NCBI GenBank assembly: GCA_017960705.1
Contig: JAGCYR010000173.1
Coordinates: 1-31,592, forward strand
DNA: 31,592 nt
Direction: 5' to 3'
Source: Clostridia bacterium
GTDB taxonomy: Bacteria; Bacillota; Clostridia; Oscillospirales; CAG-272
Part shown: positions 7,372-16,458 of the stretch, in pieces
How the letters are laid out: each line of letters begins with the position of its first letter
Position numbering within the stretch: position 1 is the first letter of the stretch
Position numbers and translations under genes: made by a program
The notes under the pieces: model-generated
Told to the model about the DNA's origin: nothing
The model's database searches: none
The model's input: the letters and a program-made list of their open reading frames with translations, nothing else

Positions 7372-9450
7372 ATGGAAAAAATCAGCACGAAATCCCTTCG
7401 CAACGTCGTCCTGCTCGGACACGGAGGGAGCGGCAAGACCTCGCTCGCAGAGGCGATGCTCTACCTCACCAAGAATACCGACCGGCTGGGCTCGGTGACC
7501 GCGGGGAACACGGTCTGCGACTATGACCCCGAGGAGATCCGCCGCGGCTTTTCGCTTTCCGCGTCTCTCGCGCCGTTCACCTGGAACGGGATCAAGATCA
7601 ACCTGATGGACACCCCGGGCTACTTCGATTTCGAGGGCGAGGTCCGGCAGTGCGCCCGCGTTGCCGACGCCGCCGTGATCGTCGTGGACGGTAAGACCGG
7701 GATCCAGGTCGGGACCGAGCTCGCGTGGGACCTTGCCACCGACGCGAAGATCCCGAAGGCGTTTTTCATCAACCGTTTCGACGATAACGAAGCGCGGTTC
7801 AAGAAGGTCTACGACGCCCTGCGCGAGAAGTTCGGCGTCGCGGTCTGCCCGGTGCAGATCCCGGTGATCGACGGCTCGGAGGTCGTCGGATTCGCCAACC
7901 TGATCGACCGCGTGATGTATATGTTCGACTCCAAGAGCGGCGGATACACCTGCCTCGACATTCCCGAGAAGCACAACGACTTCATCGAGGAGTTCCGCGG
8001 CATGCTGTTCGAGTCGATCGCGCAGACCAGCGAGGAGCTGATGGAGAAGTTCTTCAACGAGGAAGAGATCACCCGCGACGAGGCGGTCGAGGCTCTTCAC
8101 GAGGGCATCATCCACGGCGAGATCGTCCCGGTCTTCTGCGGCGCCGCCGTCAAGATGTGGGGCATCAAGACCCTGCTCGACACCATCGCCGATTCCTTCC
8201 CGCGTCCCACCGCCCGCAAGGTCGAGCACGGCTTCAGCGAGGACGGCAAGGCGATCGAGATCCCGATCGAACCCGAAGGCGAGACTTCGATTTTCATCTT
8301 CAAGACCGTCGCGGATCCCTTCGTCGGCAAGATGTCTTTCTTCAAGGTGATGAACGGGGAACTCGCAAAAGACGCGACGCTCCGCAACACCACGAACGGA
8401 CAGGTCGAGAAGTTCGGACGGCTCTATATGATGCGCGGCAAGAAGCAGACCGACGTCGAGGTCCTCTGCTGCGGCGATATCGGCGTGACCGCGAAGCTGG
8501 TCAACACCAACACCAACGACACCCTGACCGCGAAGGCGGAGAACTTCCGCTACGCGCCGGTGGTCTTCCCGTCCGCCTATATGACCATGGCGATCGTGCC
8601 GAAGGCGAAGGGCGACGAGGACAAGATCTCGCAGGGCATCACCCGTCTGCTCGAAGAGGATCCCACCTTGAAATACGAGAACAATCCCGAGACCAAGCAG
8701 CTGACCGTTTCGGGTCTCGGCGATATGCACCTCGACGTCCTGACGGCGAAGTTGAAGGCACGCTTCGGGACTTCGGTCGACCTGACCGAGCCGAAGATCG
8801 CCTACCGCGAGACCATCAAGGGCAAGTCCGACGTCGAAGGGAAGCACAAGAAGCAGTCGGGCGGTTCGGGTCAGTACGGTCACGTCAAGATCCGCTTCTC
8901 CCACGGGGAAGAGGAGGGTCTTACCTTCACCGAATCGGTCTTCGGCGGCTCGGTTCCGAAGCAGTACTTCCCGGCGGTCGAAAAGGGACTGCAGGAGTGC
9001 ATGGAACACGGCGTTCTGGCGGGCTACCCGATGGTCAATCTCGCGGCGGAGCTCTACGACGGTTCCTACCACGAAGTCGACTCCAACGAAATCTCCTTCA
9101 AACTCGCCGCGCGGCTTGCGTATAACGCCGGTCTGCCGCTTGCGAAACCCGTTCTGCTCGAGCCGATCGGGACGCTCAAGGTCGTGATCCCCGCAGATTA
9201 CGTCGGCGACGTTTACGGCGATCTGCCGAAGCGCCGCGGCCGCATCATGGGGACCGAGACCGCCGACAAGAACGGCTATCAGGTCGTTGTGGCGGAAGTG
9301 CCGAAGGCGGAGATGGCGGACTACGTGATCTCGCTCCGCGCCATGACCCAGGGCAGAGGACGCTTCGACTACGAAGTCGTCCGCTACGAAGAGGTCCCGG
9401 GACCCATCGCGCAGAAGATCATCGACGAGGCGAAGAAGAACGCCGAATAA
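7372..9450 (+). CDS. Elongation factor G-like protein (EF-G2/FusA2-type paralogue)
   Basis: G1 GHGGSGKTS, DTPGYFDF, domain IV KHKKQSGGSGQYGHV, domain V LLEPI. Lacks canonical RGITI and DTPGH and is not next to rpsL/rpsG/tuf. Confidence 0.92.
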   Translation: MEKISTKSLRNVVLLGHGGSGKTSLAEAMLYLTKNTDRLGSVTAGNTVCDYDPEEIRRGFSLSASLAPFTWNGIKINLMDTPGYFDFEGEVRQCARVADAAVIVVDGKTGIQVGTELAWDLATDAKIPKAFFINRFDDNEARFKKVYDALREKFGVAVCPVQIPVIDGSEVVGFANLIDRVMYMFDSKSGGYTCLDIPEKHNDFIEEFRGMLFESIAQTSEELMEKFFNEEEITRDEAVEALHEGIIHGEIVPVFCGAAVKMWGIKTLLDTIADSFPRPTARKVEHGFSEDGKAIEIPIEPEGETSIFIFKTVADPFVGKMSFFKVMNGELAKDATLRNTTNGQVEKFGRLYMMRGKKQTDVEVLCCGDIGVTAKLVNTNTNDTLTAKAENFRYAPVVFPSAYMTMAIVPKAKGDEDKISQGITRLLEEDPTLKYENNPETKQLTVSGLGDMHLDVLTAKLKARFGTSVDLTEPKIAYRETIKGKSDVEGKHKKQSGGSGQYGHVKIRFSHGEEEGLTFTESVFGGSVPKQYFPAVEKGLQECMEHGVLAGYPMVNLAAELYDGSYHEVDSNEISFKLAARLAYNAGLPLAKPVLLEPIGTLKVVIPADYVGDVYGDLPKRRGRIMGTETADKNGYQVVVAEVPKAEMADYVISLRAMTQGRGRFDYEVVRYEEVPGPIAQKIIDEAKKNAE

Positions 9451-9460
9451 TCCCGACATA

Positions 9461-9546
9461 ACAGGGGACTGCCGCGCCGGAACGGGGAGGATCAGCCGAA
9501 AAACGGTTACCTCCTCCGTTCCCCCGCGTCGGTCCCCCGCGCCTGT
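9461..9546. other. Long imperfect intergenic stem-loop without a U-tract
   Basis: ACAGG/CCTGT, GGGGACTGCCGCG/CGCGTCGGTCCCC, GGAACGGGGAGG/CCTCCTCCGTTCC and a GCCG-AAAAA-CGGT cap. Confidence 0.75.
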
Positions 9547-9573
9547 ACAGACAACACGGAAAAAGGATTCGCT

Positions 9574-10521
9574 ATGAGCAAAAAGAAAAAGACCCCGACG
9601 GAAGAAACCCCGTCGGAGGTTACGTCAGAAGCGAAAAAACCGCAACAAAAGAAAAAACGGCGGCGGCACTTCGGCGACCGCTACGAGGGAAGACGGCTGC
9701 GCACCCTCGCTCCGATGCAGTACGTCATCCCCTACATCATGAAGGTCCGCGCCGACTCTCAAAACCACTTTGAGGATCGGATCGATATGGATATCCTCGA
9801 CGCCTACTGCGCCAAAAAACAGGCGGAGGGGCTGACCGGATTCGGCGCCCTGCACGCGATCCTCGCCGCCTACGTCCGCACCGTCGCGGAGCGCCCGGGG
9901 ATCAACCGTTTCGTCGCGGGTCAGCACGTATACGCGCGGCACAATATCGTCGCGAATATGACCATCAAAAAGAAGATGGGGCTGGATTGTCCCGACACCG
10001 TGATTAAGGTGATCTTCGATCCCTCGGACACCGCCGACGACGTCTACCGCAAGTTCAAAGAGACGGCGGATAAGGCGACCTCCGACGACACCGATTTCGA
10101 CAATACGGCGGGTTTCCTCCGTCACATCCCGGGGCTGGTCCTGCGCGGTGTGATCGGGCTGCTCCGCTTCCTCGACTATTTCGGGCTCCTGCCGCGGGGA
10201 CTGGTCAAAGTCAGCCCCTTCCACGGCTCGCTCGTCATTACCAGTATGGGGTCGCTCGGGATCAACGCGATCTACCACCATCTCTACGATTTCGGCAACG
10301 TCCCCCTCTTTTTCTCGTACGGGAAGCGTCGCACCGAAAACGAGCTGCAGCCCGACGGCACGGTTTGCACCCGCAAGTTCGTCGATCTGCGCGTCGTGAC
10401 CGACGAGCGGACCTGCGACGGGTATTACTACGCCTCGGCGTTCAAGATCATGCAACGGTACCTTTCGCACCCCGATCTCCTCGATTCGCCCCCCGAGACG
10501 GTGAAAGAGGATATAGACTGA
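9574..10521 (+). CDS. Stand-alone 2-oxoacid dehydrogenase E2 / CAT-like acyltransferase-domain protein
   Basis: ITSMGSLGI and DLRVVTDERTCDGYYYASAF resemble E2 core motifs TISNLG and DHRxxDG. No lipoyl domain. Confidence 0.7.
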   Translation: MSKKKKTPTEETPSEVTSEAKKPQQKKKRRRHFGDRYEGRRLRTLAPMQYVIPYIMKVRADSQNHFEDRIDMDILDAYCAKKQAEGLTGFGALHAILAAYVRTVAERPGINRFVAGQHVYARHNIVANMTIKKKMGLDCPDTVIKVIFDPSDTADDVYRKFKETADKATSDDTDFDNTAGFLRHIPGLVLRGVIGLLRFLDYFGLLPRGLVKVSPFHGSLVITSMGSLGINAIYHHLYDFGNVPLFFSYGKRRTENELQPDGTVCTRKFVDLRVVTDERTCDGYYYASAFKIMQRYLSHPDLLDSPPETVKEDID

Positions 10522-10543
10522 CTCCCGAAAAACCGAAAAACAC

Positions 10544-10572
10544 TTGACAAAGGAAACGCGCCGAATTATAAT
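10544..10572 (+). promoter_or_regulatory. Consensus sigmaA promoter
   Basis: TTGACA-17 nt-TATAAT. Confidence 0.88.
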
Positions 10573-10635
10573 ATACTTGTATAGTTTTTTTCACCCGGCG
10601 TCTGCCCGGGAATCCATAAGAAAGCGGTCGGTGAG

Positions 10636-11910
10636 ATGAGAAAAGTCTTCACGTTTCTTCTTATCCTGTTTCCGTTCCTGAATCAGTTCGGGCTGCCGGT
10701 CAAAGTGCCGGTGCTGACCTCTCATTTCTCGATCGGATATCTCGTTCTGCTCCCGGTCGCCCTTATCTGGCTGCTCCTGAAGATCCCGACCGAGGGACTT
10801 TTCAGGATCAAGACCTACGGTTTCTCCGGCTATATCCTGTTCCTTCTCGTCGCTGCTTTCTCTGCTGTGATGGCGCGGCGGAATTCGTTCTACGCCGGCA
10901 ACGGCAAGCTGCTCGATCTCGGGATCTTCATCCTGTTCTGGCTGATCGTTCTGTACGCCTCCCGCGACGTCTTCAACGTGAAGTTCGGGATGGCGTGCTA
11001 TTCCGCCCTCGCCGTGATCTTCTCGGCGTATTTCATCCTGCAGTTCGTCGTATTTGCGATCAAGGGGATCTACCTTCCGACCGTCTTCCGCGATTTCTAC
11101 GTTTTCGGCGGTTCCTACGTCGACGCTTTCAAGGCGACGGGAACCCCCACGTCGCTCTTCACCACGACCGAAGGCTACGCTCTCTACTGTCTGCCCGCCG
11201 TCGCGTATCTGCTCCTCTGGGATCGGATCGGCTTCAACGGGCAGGAATTCATCTGCGCCGTGGTCATTTCGGCGGGTCTGGTACTCACCAAGAACGTGCC
11301 GATCATCGTCGCGCTCTCGTTGATCTGGGGGCTCTACGTCCTGTTCATTCTGGTCTACTTTATCGTCCATCCTTACGACGGGATGTACCGCTTCACGCAT
11401 CAGAAACCCTCGCGCGTCGTGCTGCAGATCGTTTTCCCGCTCGTCGCACTTGCCGGCGGCGCGGCGGTGTAGTTCACCGGCGGCCGTTTCTCCAAGCTGA
11501 TCTCGGGCGTCCTCGGGATGATCCGCGATCCGGCTTTGACCTCGGGATTTGAGGCGGCGGGGCTGGCGGGGAACCACGGCGGGTTTATCCGGCTCTTCGG
11601 CTGCGGCGTCGGGAACGTGAAGAACTACCTCGAGTCCTGCGGCGTGGATCTTCCCGCGAACATGGGCGCGATCGGCTACGTTTTCCTGTCGGTCGGGCTG
11701 GTCGGGCTGATCGTCTACGTCGGCGCGCTCTTCTCGCTGCTCTCGACCCGGCGGGGCAAGTTCGGCTTCGGGATGGCGGCGCTCTCGCTCTTCCTCGCGG
11801 CCTTCGGGAATATGGTGTTCCTCGATATCTCGGTGTTCTGGATCCTGCTCGCGCTTGTCGCGAACGACAACGGCGAGATGTCCTTCCGCAAGTTCCTCCG
11901 ACTCAGATAA
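10636..11910 (+). pseudogene. Polytopic membrane protein (Wzy / O-antigen ligase-like) split by in-frame TAG at 11470-11472
   Basis: ORFs 10636-11472 and 11518-11910 share a frame and the linker reads through with no other stop (424 codons in total). About 11-12 hydrophobic segments. LFGCGVGN and VGLVGLIVY resemble Wzy/WaaL C-terminal motifs; family assignment is tentative. Confidence 0.7.
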
Positions 11911-11949
11911 AAAAACAACCCGGACGGCAAACTTCGTCCGGGTTTTTTT
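11911..11949. terminator. Bidirectional intrinsic terminator between convergent genes
   Basis: A-tract, AACCCGGACG/CGTCCGGGTT stem (11917-11944), T-tract. Confidence 0.9.
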
Positions 11950-11957
11950 ATTTGTTT

Positions 11958-12413
11958 TCAGCGGAAACGGGAATCGTAGGGGGTTGACCCGCCGTTTTTC
12001 TCCGGCTTTTGGATCGCGCCGAAGAGACGGAGCAGGAAATACCCGGCGGTGAAACACACGGCGTAGAGCACGGTGAAGATCATAACCGAGAGGAACACCG
12101 CCGCGGGACCCGAGATCTTGAGTTTTCCCGCCGCGACGAACACGATAAGGAACGCGGCGAGCAGGGTCGCGTAGTGGATCAGGATGCGGAGAACGATATG
12201 CAGCCCCCTGACCGTCAGCAGCCGGTTCGCCAGCGCGACGAGCAGGGAGAACAGAAGGATCAGAAGGAACTGGCGAAGGTTGATCGCCGGATCGAGCAGG
12301 GTCTCGTCCTCGCCGTTGACGATCGCGGCGACGAGGTAGAAGAAGACCGAGATCAGGGTACAGATCACGCAGCTCGAAACAAGGATCTTGCGGACGAACT
12401 CTTTTACCGTCAT
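11958..12413 (-). CDS. Hypothetical 4-TM membrane protein (possibly DUF3021-like)
   Basis: Start MTVKEF at 12413 after a GAAAGG RBS; four hydrophobic helices. Confidence 0.75.
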   Translation of the reverse strand: MTVKEFVRKILVSSCVICTLISVFFYLVAAIVNGEDETLLDPAINLRQFLLILLFSLLVALANRLLTVRGLHIVLRILIHYATLLAAFLIVFVAAGKLKISGPAAVFLSVMIFTVLYAVCFTAGYFLLRLFGAIQKPEKNGGSTPYDSRFR

Positions 12414-12453
12414 GGGGCGCCCTTTCTTTTTCGTTTGGACTTTTTCCGCTACT

Positions 12454-12482
12454 ATCATAGCATATCGCGGACGGGATTGCAA
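12454..12482 (-). promoter_or_regulatory. sigmaA extended -10 promoter, divergent from the nusB promoter
   Basis: Minus strand TTGCAA-17 nt-TATGAT with TGn. Confidence 0.7.
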
Positions 12483-12544
12483 GCCGCTTTCCCGATTCCG
12501 CGTATTTTTTTTATTTTATTCACGCGAAAATCACTCGGAATTGA

Positions 12545-12573
12545 TTGACAAACCGCGATAATAAATGTATAAT
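12545..12573 (+). promoter_or_regulatory. Consensus sigmaA promoter of the nusB operon
   Basis: TTGACA-17 nt-TATAAT. Confidence 0.88.
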
Positions 12574-12643
12574 AAAGTGAATGATATGAATATGATCGGA
12601 GATTTACGTCCGATCGACGGGATAAGAAAGGAACTCCGCGGGT

Positions 12644-13090
12644 ATGGCACAGGAAAGAAATATGACGAGACGCGAGGCGAGAGAGGCGATCGTATCGACC
12701 CTTTTCTCGTATGAATATACGCCCGAAAAGACGGCGGAGGAGCTGAACGCGGAGCGTATCGGCGTGCTCGGCGGGAAAGAGGACCTTTATATCTCCGAGG
12801 CGATCGAGGGGGTGCTTGCGAATCTCTCCGAGATCGACGGGCTGATCGAACGGTCCGCCGTCGGATGGGCGCTCGGGCGCATCTCCCGCGTGTCGCGCGC
12901 GATCCTGCGTCTTGCGTGCTACGAGATGCTGTACCGCCCCGATATCCCGCCGCTGGTCTCGCTCGACGAGGCGGTCGAGCTTGCGAAGAAATTTGACGAC
13001 GAGAACGCCTACACCTTCGTCAACGGCGTTCTGAACCGCGCCATGCAGTCGGAGGAGGTTGCCCGGTCGCGCGGCGGGGAGAAGGGATGA
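12644..13090 (+). CDS. nusB: Transcription antitermination factor NusB
   Basis: TRREARE, W..GRISRVSRAILRLA, DEAVELAKKF and FVNGVL motifs. Confidence 0.95.
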   Translation: MAQERNMTRREAREAIVSTLFSYEYTPEKTAEELNAERIGVLGGKEDLYISEAIEGVLANLSEIDGLIERSAVGWALGRISRVSRAILRLACYEMLYRPDIPPLVSLDEAVELAKKFDDENAYTFVNGVLNRAMQSEEVARSRGGEKG

Positions 13091-14061
13091 ATTCCCCCGT
13101 CTTCGTCGGTTTCGATACCAGCAACTATACTACTTCGCTCGCCGTCGTCGACTCGGAAGACCGGGTGATCGCCAACCTGAAGCAGCCGCTCGCGGTCTCG
13201 GAGGGGGAACACGGTCTGCGCCAGTCCGACGCGGTCTTTCAGCACGTGAAGAACCTGCCCCTGCTCGCCGAGCGCGTCGCCCCGTACCTTGAGGGGCGAG
13301 AGATCCTCGCCGTCGGGGTGTCCGAACGCCCGCGCGACCGCGACGGGTCGTATATGCCGTGTTTTCTCGCGGGGATCGCCGCCGCTTCAAACGCCGCGTC
13401 GCTTTCGGGTCTGCCGCTCTACCGTTTTTCGCACCAGTCCGGGCATCTGATGGCGGCGATCGTGTCGTCGCGCCGCTTCGACCTGCTTGACAAACCCTTC
13501 TACGCCTACCACGTATCGGGCGGGACCACCGAGCTGCTCGCCGTCTCGCGCACCGAAAACGGATTCGATTCCGAGATCGTCGGGGGGACCCGCGACCTCA
13601 ACGCCGGACAGGTGATCGACCGGATCGGCGTCGCGCTTGGAGTACCGTTTCCCGCGGGACCGGGGCTTGAAAAACTCGCTCTCGGCTATACGGGAAAGAT
13701 CCCGAAGAGAAAGCCCGCGGTAAAGGACGGCTTCGTCAACCTCTCGGGGCTTGAAAATCTCGCGCTTGACCTTTACAAGAAAACCGAAGATCCCGGACAG
13801 GTCTCCGCCTTCGTTTTCGAACATATCGCGGAGGCGATCGTCGAAATGACCGCCGAGACGTTTGCCGAATACGGTCCCCGCGACCTGCTCTGCGCCGGGG
13901 GCGTGATGAGCTCGACCATCCTGCGCGGCAGGATCACGGAGCGATTCTCCGCGTCGTTTGCCGAGCCCGCGCTTTCGTCCGACAACGCCGTCGGGATCGC
14001 CGCCCTAACCGCCCGCGCCTATAAACGCGAGAGGGGCGAAGGGGGAAAGGAGACGCCGTGA
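13087..14061 (+). CDS. TsaD/Kae1-like (peptidase M22, ASKHA fold) paralogue of unknown function
   Basis: GFDTSNYTTS, GLRQSDAVFQH, HQSGH (HxxxH), HVSGGTTE, AGQVIDRIGV, SSDNAVG. Confidence 0.85.
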   Translation: MNSPVFVGFDTSNYTTSLAVVDSEDRVIANLKQPLAVSEGEHGLRQSDAVFQHVKNLPLLAERVAPYLEGREILAVGVSERPRDRDGSYMPCFLAGIAAASNAASLSGLPLYRFSHQSGHLMAAIVSSRRFDLLDKPFYAYHVSGGTTELLAVSRTENGFDSEIVGGTRDLNAGQVIDRIGVALGVPFPAGPGLEKLALGYTGKIPKRKPAVKDGFVNLSGLENLALDLYKKTEDPGQVSAFVFEHIAEAIVEMTAETFAEYGPRDLLCAGGVMSSTILRGRITERFSASFAEPALSSDNAVGIAALTARAYKRERGEGGKETP

Positions 14062-15329
14062 ATCAGGAATCCTTCGATATCCCCGTCTCCGCGCCGCAAA
14101 ACGACGGCGTGCTTTCGGTCTCGCAGCTGAATCAATACGTCAAGACGCTCCTTGAGGGCGACGACGTCCTGCAGTCGGTCTCGGTGCGCGGCGAGATCTC
14201 CAACTTCTCGCAGCCCAAATCCGGGCATCTGTATTTCTCGCTCAAAGACGGCGACGGGCTGATCCGCTGCGTGATGTTCCGCTCGCGGGCGCAGTTCGTG
14301 AAGTTCCCGCTGCAGGACGGTCTTTCGGTCGTCGCGCGCGGCGCCGTCACGCTCTACCCGAAGAACGGGGAATACCAGCTTTACGTTTCGGCTCTTTCCC
14401 GCGACGGGGTGGGTTCGCTCTACCTCGCGTACGAGAAGCTTCGCGCCAAACTGGAATCCGAGGGGCTCTTCGACGAGGAACGCAAGAAGCCTCTGCCGCA
14501 GTACCCGAAAAAGATCGGGATCGTCACGTCTCCTACCGGCGCCGCGATCCGTGATATGCTCCGCATCCTGAAACGGAGATTCCCTCCGGCGGAGATCCTG
14601 ATCGTTCCCGCCGCGGTACAGGGCGCGAGCGCCCCCGCGGAGCTTGCCGATGGGATCCGCCGTCTCAACCTGCGGGACGATATCGACGTCATCATCATCG
14701 GACGGGGCGGGGGATCGTTTGAAGACCTGTTCTGCTTCAACGACGAGACCCTCGCGCGAACCGTCGCCGCGTCGAAGATCCCGGTGATCTCGGCGGTCGG
14801 ACACGAAACCGACTTCACCATCTGCGACTTCGTTTCGGATCTGCGCGCCGCCACCCCGTCGAACGCGGCGGAACTCGCCGTTCCCGACCGCGCCGAACTG
14901 CTCTCCGCTCTGTACGCCCTGCCGACCCGTCTTGCGCGCGCCCTGACCCGCGAGAACGAGCGCAGGCGCGAGCGGCTCGATTCGCTCGTCGGCAGACCGA
15001 TCTTTCTTAGACCCGAGACCCTTACCCGCGACCGGATGCGGGACGTCGACGCGTTATCCGACCGCGCCGTGTCCGCCGTCCGCGCCGCGTATTCTTCCAA
15101 GCGCGAGGGATTCACCGCGCTCGCGGCGACCCTGACGGCGCTCAATCCTCTGGCGACGCTGTCCCGCGGCTACGCCATCGCCGAGACCCCGGAGGGAAGA
15201 CCCGTGGTTTCGGTCGGCGAACGCGCCGTGGGCGACCCCGTCGACGTGGTTTTACCGGACGGCAAACTTTCGACCGTCGTCCGCGCGATCACGCCAAAAC
15301 GGCAAATCGGAACAGGAGATGGAAAATGA
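14058..15329 (+). CDS. xseA: Exodeoxyribonuclease VII large subunit
   Basis: VRGEISNF, GHLYFSLKD, GRGGGSFEDL, SAVGHETD, ATPSNAAE, LSRGYA. Confidence 0.96.
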   Translation: MNQESFDIPVSAPQNDGVLSVSQLNQYVKTLLEGDDVLQSVSVRGEISNFSQPKSGHLYFSLKDGDGLIRCVMFRSRAQFVKFPLQDGLSVVARGAVTLYPKNGEYQLYVSALSRDGVGSLYLAYEKLRAKLESEGLFDEERKKPLPQYPKKIGIVTSPTGAAIRDMLRILKRRFPPAEILIVPAAVQGASAPAELADGIRRLNLRDDIDVIIIGRGGGSFEDLFCFNDETLARTVAASKIPVISAVGHETDFTICDFVSDLRAATPSNAAELAVPDRAELLSALYALPTRLARALTRENERRRERLDSLVGRPIFLRPETLTRDRMRDVDALSDRAVSAVRAAYSSKREGFTALAATLTALNPLATLSRGYAIAETPEGRPVVSVGERAVGDPVDVVLPDGKLSTVVRAITPKRQIGTGDGK

Positions 15330-15574
15330 CCGCACCGAAAAATAACGGAAAGAACGAAGCGACCTTCGAAGAGGCGCTTGCGGAACTCGGAAAACTCGTC
15401 GAACAGCTTGAGGGCGGAAAACTCCCGCTCGCCGAGTCGCTCGACGTGTACGAGAAGGCGATCGCCTTGTCCTCCCGTTGTACCAAACTGCTCGAGGACG
15501 CGGAGCAGAAGATCAAGCTGCTCTCGGGCGGCGACGAATGCCCCTTCGATCTCTCCGACGGGGAGGATTCCTGA
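15326..15574 (+). CDS. xseB: Exodeoxyribonuclease VII small subunit
   Basis: TFEEALAEL..LVEQLEGGKLPLAESLDVYEKA..L...C...LEDAEQKI; follows xseA. Confidence 0.95.
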   Translation: MTAPKNNGKNEATFEEALAELGKLVEQLEGGKLPLAESLDVYEKAIALSSRCTKLLEDAEQKIKLLSGGDECPFDLSDGEDS

Positions 15575-15576
15575 CC

Positions 15577-16458
15577 GTGTTTCCCGTGAAGGAAGAACTC
15601 GCGGAGTACGCCGGTCGGGTCGAAAAGCGGCTCGCCGGGCTGATCCCCGACGCCGACCCCGAAACGGTCGTTATCTCCGAAGCTATGCGCTACGCCGCGC
15701 TCGGAGGGGGAAAGCGGATCAGACCCTATCTCGTCTACGCGTTCTCCCGCCTGTCCTCGGGCGACCCCGCCGTTGCGCTCGACTTCGGCTGCGCGCTTGA
15801 GATGATCCATTCGTATTCGCTGGTCCACGACGATCTGCCCGCGATGGACAACGACGTATTGCGGCGTGGGAAACCCACCTGCCACGTCGCCTACGGCGAA
15901 GCCAACGCGATTCTGGCGGGCGACGGTCTTTTGACCCGCGCGTTCGGGGTCGCGGCGGCTTGCAACACCGCAGCGGAGACCGTCCGCCGCGCCGTCGCGG
16001 AGCTATCCGACGCCGCAGGCTACGCCGGGATGGTCGGCGGGCAGACGCTCGATATCGCGACCGAGGGTAAGCTCGTGACCAAAGAAACGCTGACCAAGCT
16101 CCAGCGGCTGAAAACCGGGGCGCTGATCCGCTGCGCCTGCCGGCTCGGGTGTATTTCCGGCGGGCTTTACGACGGAGAACTTTTTGACGCCGCCGACGTC
16201 TACGCCGAGAAGATCGGGCTCGCGTTCCAGGTGATCGACGATATCCTCGACGGCGTGGGGGATCCCGCGCTGCTCGGCAAATCGGTCGGCAAGGACGAGG
16301 CGAGCGGAAAGACCACGTGGCTCTCGCTGCTCGGTAGAGACGGCGCGGAGGCGTTTGCAAACGAACTGACGCGGCAGGCGACCGACGCCGTGAAACCCTA
16401 CGACAAAGAGGGAAGACTCGCTTCTCTTGCGGAGCTCCTTCTCAACCGAAAGAAATGA
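15577..16458 (+). CDS. ispA: Farnesyl/geranyl diphosphate synthase (polyprenyl synthetase)
   Basis: GGKRIRP, FARM HDDLPAMDND..RRGKPT, SARM FQVIDDILD. GTG start at 15577 after GGGAGG. Confidence 0.93.
   Translation: MFPVKEELAEYAGRVEKRLAGLIPDADPETVVISEAMRYAALGGGKRIRPYLVYAFSRLSSGDPAVALDFGCALEMIHSYSLVHDDLPAMDNDVLRRGKPTCHVAYGEANAILAGDGLLTRAFGVAAACNTAAETVRRAVAELSDAAGYAGMVGGQTLDIATEGKLVTKETLTKLQRLKTGALIRCACRLGCISGGLYDGELFDAADVYAEKIGLAFQVIDDILDGVGDPALLGKSVGKDEASGKTTWLSLLGRDGAEAFANELTRQATDAVKPYDKEGRLASLAELLLNRKK

Noticed and set aside
12461-12469. Isolated CATATCGCG copies (here and at 6604-6612) matching the array linker
   Set aside because: Single copies without flanking hairpins, one in a promoter spacer and one in a CDS; compatible with chance in CpG-rich DNA.
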